Part shown: one piece after another, positions 1-7,648 of the stretch
How the letters are laid out: every line of letters starts with the position of its first letter
Position numbering within the stretch: the stretch's first letter is position 1
Virus record (IMG/VR): IMGVR_UViG_3300043313_001192
Coordinates: 1 to 25,597 of that record
Length of the DNA: 25,597 nt
Source: a virus
Taxonomy: Duplodnaviria > Heunggongvirae > Uroviricota > Caudoviricetes
Reading direction: 5' to 3' (one strand)
The notes under the pieces: model-generated
Database searches by the model: none
What the model saw: only the letters and a program-made list of their open reading frames with translations
Told to the model about the DNA's origin: nothing
Position numbers and translations under genes: made by a program

Positions 1-496
1 CGCTCTTGATGTCCCAGGTTTCCGGCTCCCCACTGCCGAGCCGCTCGGGTACCTGGACCAAGTAGCACTCCCCGGCCACGCACAGGTTCAACGCTGCGTC
101 GCGGAGCAAGGTGGCCTGGCTGCCGGTGGTGCTGATGATCCGGTTGAGAACAGCCCGACAGTCGTCAACGTACTCCTGCGGCAGGGTCCCGTCGTCGGCC
201 AGGTTCTGCAGCTGGACCGGGGGTTGGTGGGGGTCGACAACAAATGCCGGATAGAGCCGAGCACGGCCGGTGACGTTGCCGAGCAGCCCGAAGGCGTACT
301 TGATCTCGGCGATGATGTCGAAGTACTCCCAGGCGCGACGCTGCCAGACGACCTCGCTGCGACGACGCAGCTGCTCGACGTCGCGGGGCTCGTTGAGCTT
401 GACCCGCTGGGCGGACGCCTGGAGTGCGCGAGGCGCGTTGAACGGAATGATCTTGGCGACTTCATCGGGAGCGGAATCCCGGACGAAAATGCCCAC
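1..496 (-). CDS. Phage portal protein, N-terminal 165 aa (runs off the left edge of the window)
   Basis: Manual translation from GTG at 496 (AGAGGAG RBS upstream): MGIFVRDSAPDEVAKIIPFNAPRALQASAQ...WQRRAWEYFDIIAEIKYAFGLLGNVTGRARLYPA...LLRDAALNLCVAGECYLVQVPERLGSGEPETWDIKS, open to the edge. The WQxxAW and NLxVxGEC blocks resemble actinophage portals, and it lies downstream of terL. Not in the ORF track. Confidence 0.8.
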   Translation of the reverse strand, partial: MGIFVRDSAPDEVAKIIPFNAPRALQASAQRVKLNEPRDVEQLRRRSEVVWQRRAWEYFDIIAEIKYAFGLLGNVTGRARLYPAFVVDPHQPPVQLQNLADDGTLPQEYVDDCRAVLNRIISTTGSQATLLRDAALNLCVAGECYLVQVPERLGSGEPETWDIKS

Positions 497-558
497 GACC
501 GCTCCTCTCAGGTCCAGGCGTCGTGCGACGTAGGCCAGAGGCCCCAGCGGGTGGGGCT

Positions 559-579
559 GACTGTACTCCTAAACACCGG
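559..579 (-). promoter_or_regulatory. Candidate late promoter upstream of the portal gene
   Basis: Minus-strand CCGGTGTTTAGGAGTACAGTC with -10-like TACAGT; 16/21 identical to the element upstream of terL (3733-3753). Confidence 0.5.
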
Positions 580-620
580 AAAAGTTGATTGTAAACACTG
601 ACCACTCTGGCAGGAGTGGG

Positions 621-902
621 TCAGGTGTTCTCGGCAACCAGCCCGGTGATCGCAGAGAAGGCGAGTGCCTGAGCAGCCACGCCCCACGGTCGGGGCGCCA
701 GCTCACGGGCCAGCGCGACCGCGCCACCGGCGTAGATCGAGACGCACCACGGACAGGTGATCAGGTAGCCGATCTTGGTGTCCTCGGGGTGGAAGCGTTC
801 CAGCAGCTTGTCCCGGAGGTCGGCGGTGATCTCGTCGTCGTTGACCAGCTTGGTCAGCCGAAAGACCGCCAGCGCGTCAACCACCAGCCCGAGCAGCGTC
901 AC
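621..902 (-). CDS. DUF1360-family membrane protein
   Basis: LAVFRLTKLVNDDEIT...YLITCPWCVSIY signature; GTG start at 902 overlaps the upstream stop (GTGA). Confidence 0.8.
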   Translation of the reverse strand: MTLLGLVVDALAVFRLTKLVNDDEITADLRDKLLERFHPEDTKIGYLITCPWCVSIYAGGAVALARELAPRPWGVAAQALAFSAITGLVAENT

Positions 903-1249
903 CGGGTCGCCATCCGCAGCGACCGGCTGAACGGTCGGTAGCTGCGCAGCGAGGAGCCGCATCCGCAGCCACCCGCCCGGCTGATGGTGACCTCGCCGTC
1001 GGCGGTGGTGGCCACGATCTGGTGCCGGTTGCCGCTCACGTCCTCCAGTCGCTCCTCGTAGAGCACACCAGCACCGGACCCATTGCCGCTCTCGACCAGG
1101 ACGAGCACCCGGTCAGCAGTGACGATGGCGCGAGACTTGGGGTAGGGGTTCGTTCCGAACGAGAAGGTCACCTTGGCCGGGTAGATGTCGTTGCGCACCT
1201 TCACCGCGCCGTCGATCACCTGGTGCGGTGTGGGGGTTTCATTCAGCAT
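899..1249 (-). CDS. Hypothetical phage protein with C-terminal GGCGCG motif
   Basis: Coupled to both neighbours; GGAAG RBS-like sequence; GC3-biased codons. Confidence 0.75.
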   Translation of the reverse strand: MLNETPTPHQVIDGAVKVRNDIYPAKVTFSFGTNPYPKSRAIVTADRVLVLVESGNGSGAGVLYEERLEDVSGNRHQIVATTADGEVTISRAGGCGCGSSLRSYRPFSRSLRMATR

Positions 1250-1862
1250 CACCCGACCTGCTTCCTTCCGTGGTTAGCGGAACAAGTATTGCCTCCACCA
1301 TCGCACGGGGCAGGTACACCGCGGGAGGCATCCGCAGTCGGGTCGCGGTGGCCGAGGAGTCCGGAGGCGGGGCCGCGTCGCTCTCGGACTCCAGCCAGTC
1401 CAGGACGGTGTCGCGCTCCTCCAGCAGGGGAATGCTCGGGATCATCGAGAGGTAGGCCGCACCGGCGTCCTCCGGTGGGTCGAAGACGTGCAGCCGCCGG
1501 TGCACTCCCGCGTCGGCCACCAGGGCCACGCCGGGCACCGGCTCGGCCAGCTTGGGCGCACCGTTCAGCGATACCGGGGGCTTGCTCCGCTTGGGTCTGC
1601 CAGTACGCGAGGTCTCCGTGGTGCTGCGCACCCGGACCCGGACGGCCTGGTGACTCAGGCCGACGATGTCGGCCAGCATGTGCAGCGGCACGCCGCGGCG
1701 ATGCAGCTGCTGGAGGCGCTCCGAGAGATCGGCCGAGACTTTCCGGATCGGGCTGTGCGACGGAACAGACTTGTGCACTCTGCGTACCGAGCGACGCAGC
1801 TCGGCGAGTTGCTCGACCTCTTCCGGCAGCACCGTGGGAATCGCGATCATGGGCTTCGGCAT
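1239..1862 (-). CDS. Helix-turn-helix DNA-binding protein
   Basis: RGVPLHMLADIVGLSHQAVRVRVR HTH-like segment; ATG start; TAGACT -10-like sequence upstream. Confidence 0.65.
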   Translation of the reverse strand: MPKPMIAIPTVLPEEVEQLAELRRSVRRVHKSVPSHSPIRKVSADLSERLQQLHRRGVPLHMLADIVGLSHQAVRVRVRSTTETSRTGRPKRSKPPVSLNGAPKLAEPVPGVALVADAGVHRRLHVFDPPEDAGAAYLSMIPSIPLLEERDTVLDWLESESDAAPPPDSSATATRLRMPPAVYLPRAMVEAILVPLTTEGSRSGDAE

Positions 1863-1916
1863 GGGGTCCCTGTAGTCCTCACCTTGGGCTACGGCGAGTC
1901 TACAGAGTGGGAATGG

Positions 1917-2228
1917 TTATGGGTCCACATCCGAGACGGGCGATTTGGCTGAAGCGACGTCGGCCAGACAGGCTGCGTAGCCTGCCACATCCAGAGCGGA
2001 ATCGTAATGGCTCGGGTTGTTGGTCAGCCGGGCGATCTTGAGCAGGATCATCATCTGGGCGACGTCGGCCGAGGTGATCGCCGGGTCCCGCTTGGCGGCC
2101 AGGTAGGCGTTCCAGAGCCGGGCGATGTTGGCGAAGGAGTCCTCGGGCTCCTCGTAGGCGGTGGCCCGGTCCTTGGTGACGATCGTGGCCGCCTCCTCCA
2201 GGAGCTGTCGGCGCAGGTCAGCGTTCAT
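1917..2228 (-). CDS. DUF6378-family protein
   Basis: LLEEAATIVTKDRATAY..PEDSFANIARLWNAYL...DVAQMMILLKIAR...HYDSALDVAGYAAC; ATG 2228 overlaps the terL stop (ATGA), so the true start is downstream of the ORF-track start. Confidence 0.85.
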   Translation of the reverse strand: MNADLRRQLLEEAATIVTKDRATAYEEPEDSFANIARLWNAYLAAKRDPAITSADVAQMMILLKIARLTNNPSHYDSALDVAGYAACLADVASAKSPVSDVDP

Positions 2229-3727
2229 GGGCGGTACCTCACGGAGAATCCAGGGCTGCGGGTCCCACGGCCGAACCGGCCGTGCACGGTGCCACCGCGG
2301 GTGGGGATCGCCGAGGGGACCGGACGCGGTGGAATCCGCAGAGCCGCGGGCGAGTGGGCACGGATCGAGTTGAGGTACAGGCCGTCGGGTGGCTTGATCA
2401 TCAGCGCGGTGGCGCCCCAGACCATCGCGTCCAGCCGGTCCGGGGACTTGCGGTCCATCGGGGTCCACGACGTCAGCTGGGACTCCAGGTCCGGCCACCA
2501 GCCGAGCAGGTGGCCGCGGTGCTGCTCGAAGGCCAGGCTGACGGGCTCCGCTCGGGTCTGCTTGCCGTAGCGCGCCCGGACGTCGAGCACCTTGATGTTC
2601 GGGTCGATGTTGACCAGCGCCGAGCGGACCAGCGCACCGCCCTGGTTGATCTCAGCAACCACCGGGCAGCCGTACTCACGGGCCTTGAGCACCACCTGTG
2701 ATGCCCAGATGTTCGGCGAGCCGAGCACCGAGGCGTCCTCGACCACGTAGAACTGGCGCTTGTAGAGGTCCTGCTCGGTGGTCGAGGCGCAGACCAGGAT
2801 GCCGCACTCGTCGGTCGGCTCCTCGGCCACCGACGGGTCGACGGCGATGACGTAGACCAGTGGGACGTAGGGAAGGCGCTCCACCCGGTCCACGTCGAGG
2901 ATCAGCTGGGTCCACAGCGCGCCCTCGACGTCTTCGAGCATCTGCCCGTCCAGCTCCTGCTTGGAGAGCCGGGTGCCGCCGAAGAGGCCGTAGATCATCC
3001 GCAGGTACTCGGGGTCGAGGTTTCCGGCGTTGGCCGCGGTGGTGTCCCGACGGAGCACGACGGCCGGGTTCTCCTCGACCAGCTCCAGCAGCTTCTTCAT
3101 CACCGGGGTGCGCTTGGGGGTGGTCAGCGCCATGATCTGCGGGCGCTGCCGGTCCTTGCCGTAGCCCCACGGCAGACGAGCACCAATCCGGACGTGGTCC
3201 CAGGTGGTCAGGCCCGAGGCGTCCGGGGCCTGGCGCCAGGTGGCGATCTCGTCGCACAGCGCCCAGTGCCCCTGGGGACCACGCAGCACGTCGGGCTCCT
3301 CGGCGGTGAACAAGGTGGCCTGGGAGCCGTTGGGCCAGGTGACCCGTCGCTTGGAGGACTCGTAGTGGGCGCGCTCGCCGGGGCGTCCGACCTTGAGCAG
3401 GCCGGAGTCGCCCTCGACCAGGACGTCACGGGTGTCAGCGGCGGTACGGGCGACCAGCAGCCCGCGCGAGCCCGGCATCGTGATCGCCTTCTCGTGCGCC
3501 CACTCGGTGCCGGTGCGGGTCTTGCCCGCACCACGACCGGCCATCATCAGCGCGATCCACCAGTTCACTTCCTCGCGGCTGGGGAAGGTCTGGGAGGGCC
3601 GTCGCCAGAACTTCCAGTCGTACTGCAGGTCGTCGAGGTCCAGTCCCTCCAGCGCGGCCTCGCGCCCCTTGTCGTCCAGCAGCGAGATCTGCTGGGCCAG
3701 AGACATCTCTTCGGGGGCGATTGTCAC
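2225..3727 (-). CDS. terL: Terminase large subunit
   Basis: RPSQ adenine-binding motif, Walker A AGRGAGKT, Walker B ALCDE, coupling motif TTP, nuclease motifs IAVDPS and SPDRLDA. Confidence 0.95.
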   Translation of the reverse strand: MTIAPEEMSLAQQISLLDDKGREAALEGLDLDDLQYDWKFWRRPSQTFPSREEVNWWIALMMAGRGAGKTRTGTEWAHEKAITMPGSRGLLVARTAADTRDVLVEGDSGLLKVGRPGERAHYESSKRRVTWPNGSQATLFTAEEPDVLRGPQGHWALCDEIATWRQAPDASGLTTWDHVRIGARLPWGYGKDRQRPQIMALTTPKRTPVMKKLLELVEENPAVVLRRDTTAANAGNLDPEYLRMIYGLFGGTRLSKQELDGQMLEDVEGALWTQLILDVDRVERLPYVPLVYVIAVDPSVAEEPTDECGILVCASTTEQDLYKRQFYVVEDASVLGSPNIWASQVVLKAREYGCPVVAEINQGGALVRSALVNIDPNIKVLDVRARYGKQTRAEPVSLAFEQHRGHLLGWWPDLESQLTSWTPMDRKSPDRLDAMVWGATALMIKPPDGLYLNSIRAHSPAALRIPPRPVPSAIPTRGGTVHGRFGRGTRSPGFSVRYRP

Positions 3728-3732
3728 CGAGC

Positions 3733-3753
3733 GAGCGTACCTCTAACCACCGG
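3733..3753 (-). promoter_or_regulatory. Candidate leaderless late promoter of terL
   Basis: CCGGTGGTTAGAGGTACGCTC; -10-like TACGCT lies 6 nt before the GTG start, with no SD sequence; similar to 559-579. Confidence 0.5.
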
Positions 3754-3758
3754 TCGGT

Positions 3759-3778
3759 TTGACAGTGATGATATAGTG
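3759..3778 (+). promoter_or_regulatory. Candidate rightward extended -10 promoter
   Basis: TTGACAGTG followed by TG-A-TATAGT in the AT-richer divergent intergenic region; similar arrangement at 4340-4356. Confidence 0.45.
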
Positions 3779-3841
3779 GTGTGAACAGATGTTGAGAGTG
3801 GACGTCGGGTACAACAGCAGAGATGGAGAGACGAACAGACA

Positions 3842-4321
3842 ATGTATGAGTCTGAAACAGAAGTCGAGATGCCCTGGGTTTACAACGATGGGGGCTACAA
3901 GACCTCCGGGTTCACGGCCAAGGAGGGCAACCAGGTGGTCATCGCGCTGGCGATCGCCACCGGCCAGGAATACCGCGAGGTCTACCACCAGATCTATCGA
4001 CGGCAGGTCGAGTACGTGAACGGCCTGCGGCACGGACGGATCAAGAAGGCCGGAGCTGCGATCAGCGACGTCGGCGTGTGGCCTGAGGTGAGCAAGGGGT
4101 ATCTGCGCGACCTGGGCTGGACCTGGACGCCGACGATGACAGTCGGCAGCGGGGTGACGATGCACCTCTCGTATGAGGAGGTGCCGGATGAGCCGGTGCT
4201 GGTGTGCAGCGTCAGTCGAAGCCTGGTCACGGTCTTCCACGGCGTCGTCCAGGCCACCCACGACCCGTCTCGCGCGGGCAGCAGAGCTGTCTACGGATTC
4301 TGGGTGCCGCCCGTTTCCTGA
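3842..4321 (+). CDS. Phage C39/papain-like fold protein, apparently catalytically inactive (alternative start 3869)
   Basis: Matches my recollection of the phage family YxDGG...GDCVxRAIAIATG...LGWxWTPTMxIGSG...VSxH...HDTHD.SRxGxRCVYGYW, but has GNQV, VSRS and QATHD at the Cys/His/Asp positions. Confidence 0.7.
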   Translation: MYESETEVEMPWVYNDGGYKTSGFTAKEGNQVVIALAIATGQEYREVYHQIYRRQVEYVNGLRHGRIKKAGAAISDVGVWPEVSKGYLRDLGWTWTPTMTVGSGVTMHLSYEEVPDEPVLVCSVSRSLVTVFHGVVQATHDPSRAGSRAVYGFWVPPVS

Positions 4322-4339
4322 CGTTGGCGGACGGCGGGC

Positions 4340-4356
4340 TTGACAGTGTGTATGAT
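4340..4356 (+). promoter_or_regulatory. Candidate promoter for the GHKL gene leader
   Basis: TTGACAGTGTG-TATGAT (TGTG-extended -10); predicted TSS about 4362-4364. Confidence 0.55.
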
Positions 4357-4363
4357 CTCCAAC

Positions 4364-4501
4364 GTTGGGGAATCTCAACTCGCCGCCGGTCGGACACCGG
4401 CACTCACCTCTCGCCTACCACGGCACGAGGTGCCCACCGCTGAGATGCACAGCCTTCCACGGCTGGCACGGAGGCGGCAGACCGTCGGTTTCCACACCGA
4501 C
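4364..4501 (+). ncRNA. Structured 5' leader or small RNA: five tandem hairpins, three with a T(T/A)CCAC loop
   Basis: GTTGGG-GAAT-CTCAAC; GCCGGT-CGGAC-ACCGGC; CACCTC..GCC-TACCAC-GGC..GAGGTG; CAGCC-TTCCAC-GGCTG; GTCGGT-TTCCAC-ACCGAC. Confidence 0.5.
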
Positions 4502-4517
4502 TGAAAGAAGGTACGAC

Positions 4518-6887
4518 ATGGGTGCACCAATGCGCCTGAAGAACTCCCATCGGCTCATCGACGGGATCGCACGAGACGGCCGCGAGTTCGGCCACATGAC
4601 CGAGAACCTCCGCGACGCCCTGCTCAACGGCGCGCGCCGCGTCGAGTTCGGGATCATGGGCCTGAGCGACCCGACCGCGGTCTGTGTCGCTCGACGGGTC
4701 ATCGCCGATGACGGCGATGGCATGGGCAAGTCCACGCTCGGTGACACCTACGCCGCGTTCGGCGAGACCGCCACCAAGTACGACTTCGACGTCCAGCTGG
4801 ACGCCGACGGCAACGTCACCACCGACGTCGTCGAGGTCGGTGAGATCGACCAGATGCACGCCCGTCGTGGTGTCGGTGGTCGCGCCAGCCTCTCCCAGTG
4901 GAACCCGCTGGGAGTCGTCACCGTCACGGTGCACCAGGGCGTGGCCAACATGGTCTGGATGTTCCGCAGCATCGAGGGTGTCCCCGAGATGCGCGAGTGG
5001 TCCGACTTCGGCAAGCGCGCCAAGGTGCAGCCGCCGTACGCCGAGCCCGCGGAGCTGTCCTTCGACGACATCCGCATCGACCGCTCGTTCGCGCGGATGA
5101 TGCTGGTGCGCGGTGGACTGGTCGGCACCGAGGACGACGCCGACGAGTTCATCGAGACCTTCGGCGAGGACGAGGTGATGGACAACCCGTTCTACGGCAT
5201 CGACTGGCAGGACGCGGTCCCGCAGTGGGTCGTGCACCACTGGGGCGAGGACGGCCTGGCCTACCGCGAGGACGGCGAGCTGGCTCACGGCTGCGTGAAG
5301 ATCCTGCTCGGTGAGAACCTGCAGCACTCGACCGCGATCACCGGCGACCCGGCGTTCCCGAACGAGGCGGTGCCGACCCGCTACAACGGAGCGCTCACCG
5401 CGGCCTGGCTCGACCTCTCGCAGTGGGAGGTCAAGGTCTGGACGATGGTGAAGTTCGACCCGACCAAGACCGTGCGGTCCGACCCGACCAAGACCGAGGG
5501 GGACAAGCACGTCCCCTACCAGCTGCACGGTCACGCCGGTCACTACAAGCTCGACGGCGGCAAGCCGCGTGACCGCTCGGAGATCTCCGGCCGGATCCAG
5601 CGCGGTGCCTACGGAATGCGCACCCACGGTGGGCGTGCCGCCTACCAGACCGTGCTCGATCTCGGGCAGTACGGCAACGCCGCGCTGATCGTCTCGGGGT
5701 CCGAGAAGAGTTCGTCCTACGACGCCTCCCGCACCGACGGTGCGCTGGCGGTGGTCTACGGCAACGAGCTGCACGCCATCGCCAACTCCGGGAAGCTGCA
5801 GGGCGAGGGCTACCAGTACCGCAACATGGGCATCTCGACCAAGGGTGGCTTCGAGAAGCGGGTCAGCCTGTTCTTCTTCCTGCCGCGCGCCACCGACCAC
5901 TCCCAGGGCGTCTTCCAGGCGCTGGCGCGGGACAGCCTGAAGTGGACCGGCATGGACCGGCTGCCGCTGACCGACGAGGCGGGCATCTACGCCGCCGTCC
6001 GCGACGCACTCCCCGATGACTTCCTGGAGCTGATGAACGGCGAGGCCACGGCCAGCGAGTACAAGGTCGACCAGTCCCGCTACAAGCACCTGGAGAGCCT
6101 GCTCAACGCGGGCAAGGCCGAGGGCAAGGGCGCCACCAGCGCCCCCACCTCGGAGGTCAGCGTCGGCATCGAGCAGCCCACCGGCACGATCACGGGCGTC
6201 GACGCAGGACCGCAGGGAGCCCCTGGCGACACCCCGCGCACGCCGTGCCCGCTGTGTGGACTGGTCGTCCACGCGGACGACTGCAAGAACAAGCCTGCTC
6301 CGCGCATCCGCACCAGTGACGTCCCCACCGGCAGCAAGCTGCGTCGTCGCAAGGTCGCACCGGACGAAACGGGCACGCTGACGGCGCGCAAGTCCAGGGC
6401 CAAGGCGCACGTCGGGGAGATCAAGCCCGACCACGTCGAGCTGCAGGCGCCTGACATCGACTGGTCCGACGAGCCGGTGGACGGCGACGAGCGTGTCCCG
6501 GTGACCTGGGTCGCTCGCGGTGAGACCGCACTGACCGAGAAGGGTGACACCGGCACGATCGTGATCTGGCGCCAGCACCTGGCGGTCAAGGCGATCTTCA
6601 AGGAGGGCGAGAAGGCCGGGCGCGACAAGGACGAGACCGAGGCGGTGGTGCGCGAGTGGATCGGGCGCAACCTCACCGACGGGCTGATGGGCATGCTCGC
6701 GCTGGCCGAGCGGGACCTGGGCGTCAAGCGGATGACCCGTGTCGACCTGGAGGAGATGATCGAGCGGCTGGGCCAGACCGATCTCTGGCTGATGCTGGTG
6801 GCCAGCCTGTTCGCCGACACCGCCTCGCTGGCCAGTCACATCAAGGGCACCGCGCGTCGGACGGCGCGCAAGACCAAGGCTGCCTGA
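4518..6887 (+). CDS. Large GHKL (HATPase_c/MORC/TopoVIB-like) ATPase domain protein, 789 aa
   Basis: ATG 4518 with GAAAGAAGG RBS; N-box-like TENLRDA, G1 IADDGDGMG, G2 RRGVGG; CPLC-x4-H-x3-C putative zinc knuckle; strong C-ending codon bias. Confidence 0.7.
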   Translation: MGAPMRLKNSHRLIDGIARDGREFGHMTENLRDALLNGARRVEFGIMGLSDPTAVCVARRVIADDGDGMGKSTLGDTYAAFGETATKYDFDVQLDADGNVTTDVVEVGEIDQMHARRGVGGRASLSQWNPLGVVTVTVHQGVANMVWMFRSIEGVPEMREWSDFGKRAKVQPPYAEPAELSFDDIRIDRSFARMMLVRGGLVGTEDDADEFIETFGEDEVMDNPFYGIDWQDAVPQWVVHHWGEDGLAYREDGELAHGCVKILLGENLQHSTAITGDPAFPNEAVPTRYNGALTAAWLDLSQWEVKVWTMVKFDPTKTVRSDPTKTEGDKHVPYQLHGHAGHYKLDGGKPRDRSEISGRIQRGAYGMRTHGGRAAYQTVLDLGQYGNAALIVSGSEKSSSYDASRTDGALAVVYGNELHAIANSGKLQGEGYQYRNMGISTKGGFEKRVSLFFFLPRATDHSQGVFQALARDSLKWTGMDRLPLTDEAGIYAAVRDALPDDFLELMNGEATASEYKVDQSRYKHLESLLNAGKAEGKGATSAPTSEVSVGIEQPTGTITGVDAGPQGAPGDTPRTPCPLCGLVVHADDCKNKPAPRIRTSDVPTGSKLRRRKVAPDETGTLTARKSRAKAHVGEIKPDHVELQAPDIDWSDEPVDGDERVPVTWVARGETALTEKGDTGTIVIWRQHLAVKAIFKEGEKAGRDKDETEAVVREWIGRNLTDGLMGMLALAERDLGVKRMTRVDLEEMIERLGQTDLWLMLVASLFADTASLASHIKGTARRTARKTKAA

Positions 6888-6902
6888 GGGCCGAAGAACA
6901 AC

Positions 6903-6932
6903 GGAGGGGCGCACCTGGTGGTGCGCCCCTCC
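6903..6932 (+). terminator. Strong GC hairpin after the GHKL gene (terminator or processing stem, no U-tract)
   Basis: Perfect 13-bp stem GGAGGGGCGCACC-TGGT-GGTGCGCCCCTCC, 15 nt after the stop. Confidence 0.65.
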
Positions 6933-6970
6933 CCGGCGTAGAGTGACCCCGGCGCTGAGGAGCAGACACA

Positions 6971-7648
6971 ATGACGAAGCTAGAGAGATCAGACCGGCCG
7001 ATGACTGTCGGCACGTTGGTCGAGGATGAGATCACCCTGCAGGTGATGAAGGTCTTCGACATCGCACCCGAGGATCTGAGCGAGCGGATCTCGTTCTACC
7101 CGTGGGTCGTCGAGGACGTGCTGCCCCCCGACTGGGGGCTCGGCCTGATCGTCGGGGCCTCGGGCACCGGCAAGACCACCATGCTCGGTGACATCGGCGG
7201 CTATCGCCCGCCGGTGCGCTGGGAACGCGACCTGCCGGTGGCCGCGCACTTCCGTGACTTCGAGGACGCCATGGACCGGCTCGGCGCCGTCGGGCTGAAC
7301 TCGGTGCCCACCTGGGCCAAGCCCTACCACGTGCTCTCCACCGGTGAGCGGTTCCGCGCCGACCTGGCCCGTGCGCTGACCGACGACGCCCGGATCGACG
7401 AGTACACCTCGACGGTCTCGCGCACCGTCGCGCAGGCAGCGTCGCGATCACTCGGCGGGTGGATGAAGCGGAACAACGCCCGCCGAATCGTGCTGGCCAC
7501 CTGCCACTTCGACGTCATCGACTGGCTGGAGCCGGACTGGGTGATCGACACCGACCACGGCACCTTCACCGACGACCTGAGCGTGAAGCCGGAGCGCTGG
7601 TGGCTGGAGTTCGTCCGGGAGCAGGACGGGGCCGTCCGGTGCGAGTGA
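6971..7648 (+). CDS. Soluble ABC-type ATPase of the phage acetyltransferase-associated clade
   Basis: Walker A GASGTGKT, signature LSTGE, Walker B IDEYTS, H-loop ATCHFDVIDWLEPDW; no TM partner nearby. Confidence 0.9.
   Translation: MTKLERSDRPMTVGTLVEDEITLQVMKVFDIAPEDLSERISFYPWVVEDVLPPDWGLGLIVGASGTGKTTMLGDIGGYRPPVRWERDLPVAAHFRDFEDAMDRLGAVGLNSVPTWAKPYHVLSTGERFRADLARALTDDARIDEYTSTVSRTVAQAASRSLGGWMKRNNARRIVLATCHFDVIDWLEPDWVIDTDHGTFTDDLSVKPERWWLEFVREQDGAVRCE

Noticed and set aside
88-601. ORF-track calls 88..465(-), 224..601(+) and 270..533(+)
   Set aside because: They overlap the portal frame (<1..496, minus), which has an RBS and family motifs
5457-5495. GACCCGACCAAGACC direct repeat (DPTKT x2) in the GHKL gene
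   Set aside because: Short in-frame duplication with no sign of a mobile element or regulatory role
4404-6971. 855-aa minus-strand ORF
   Set aside because: Antisense shadow of the codon-biased GHKL gene; no motifs. The same applies to 8843..9775, 16894..18171 and similar long antisense ORFs in this high-GC DNA.
6971-7648. ABC transporter interpretation
   Set aside because: No permease or substrate-binding genes; it is coupled to a GNAT instead
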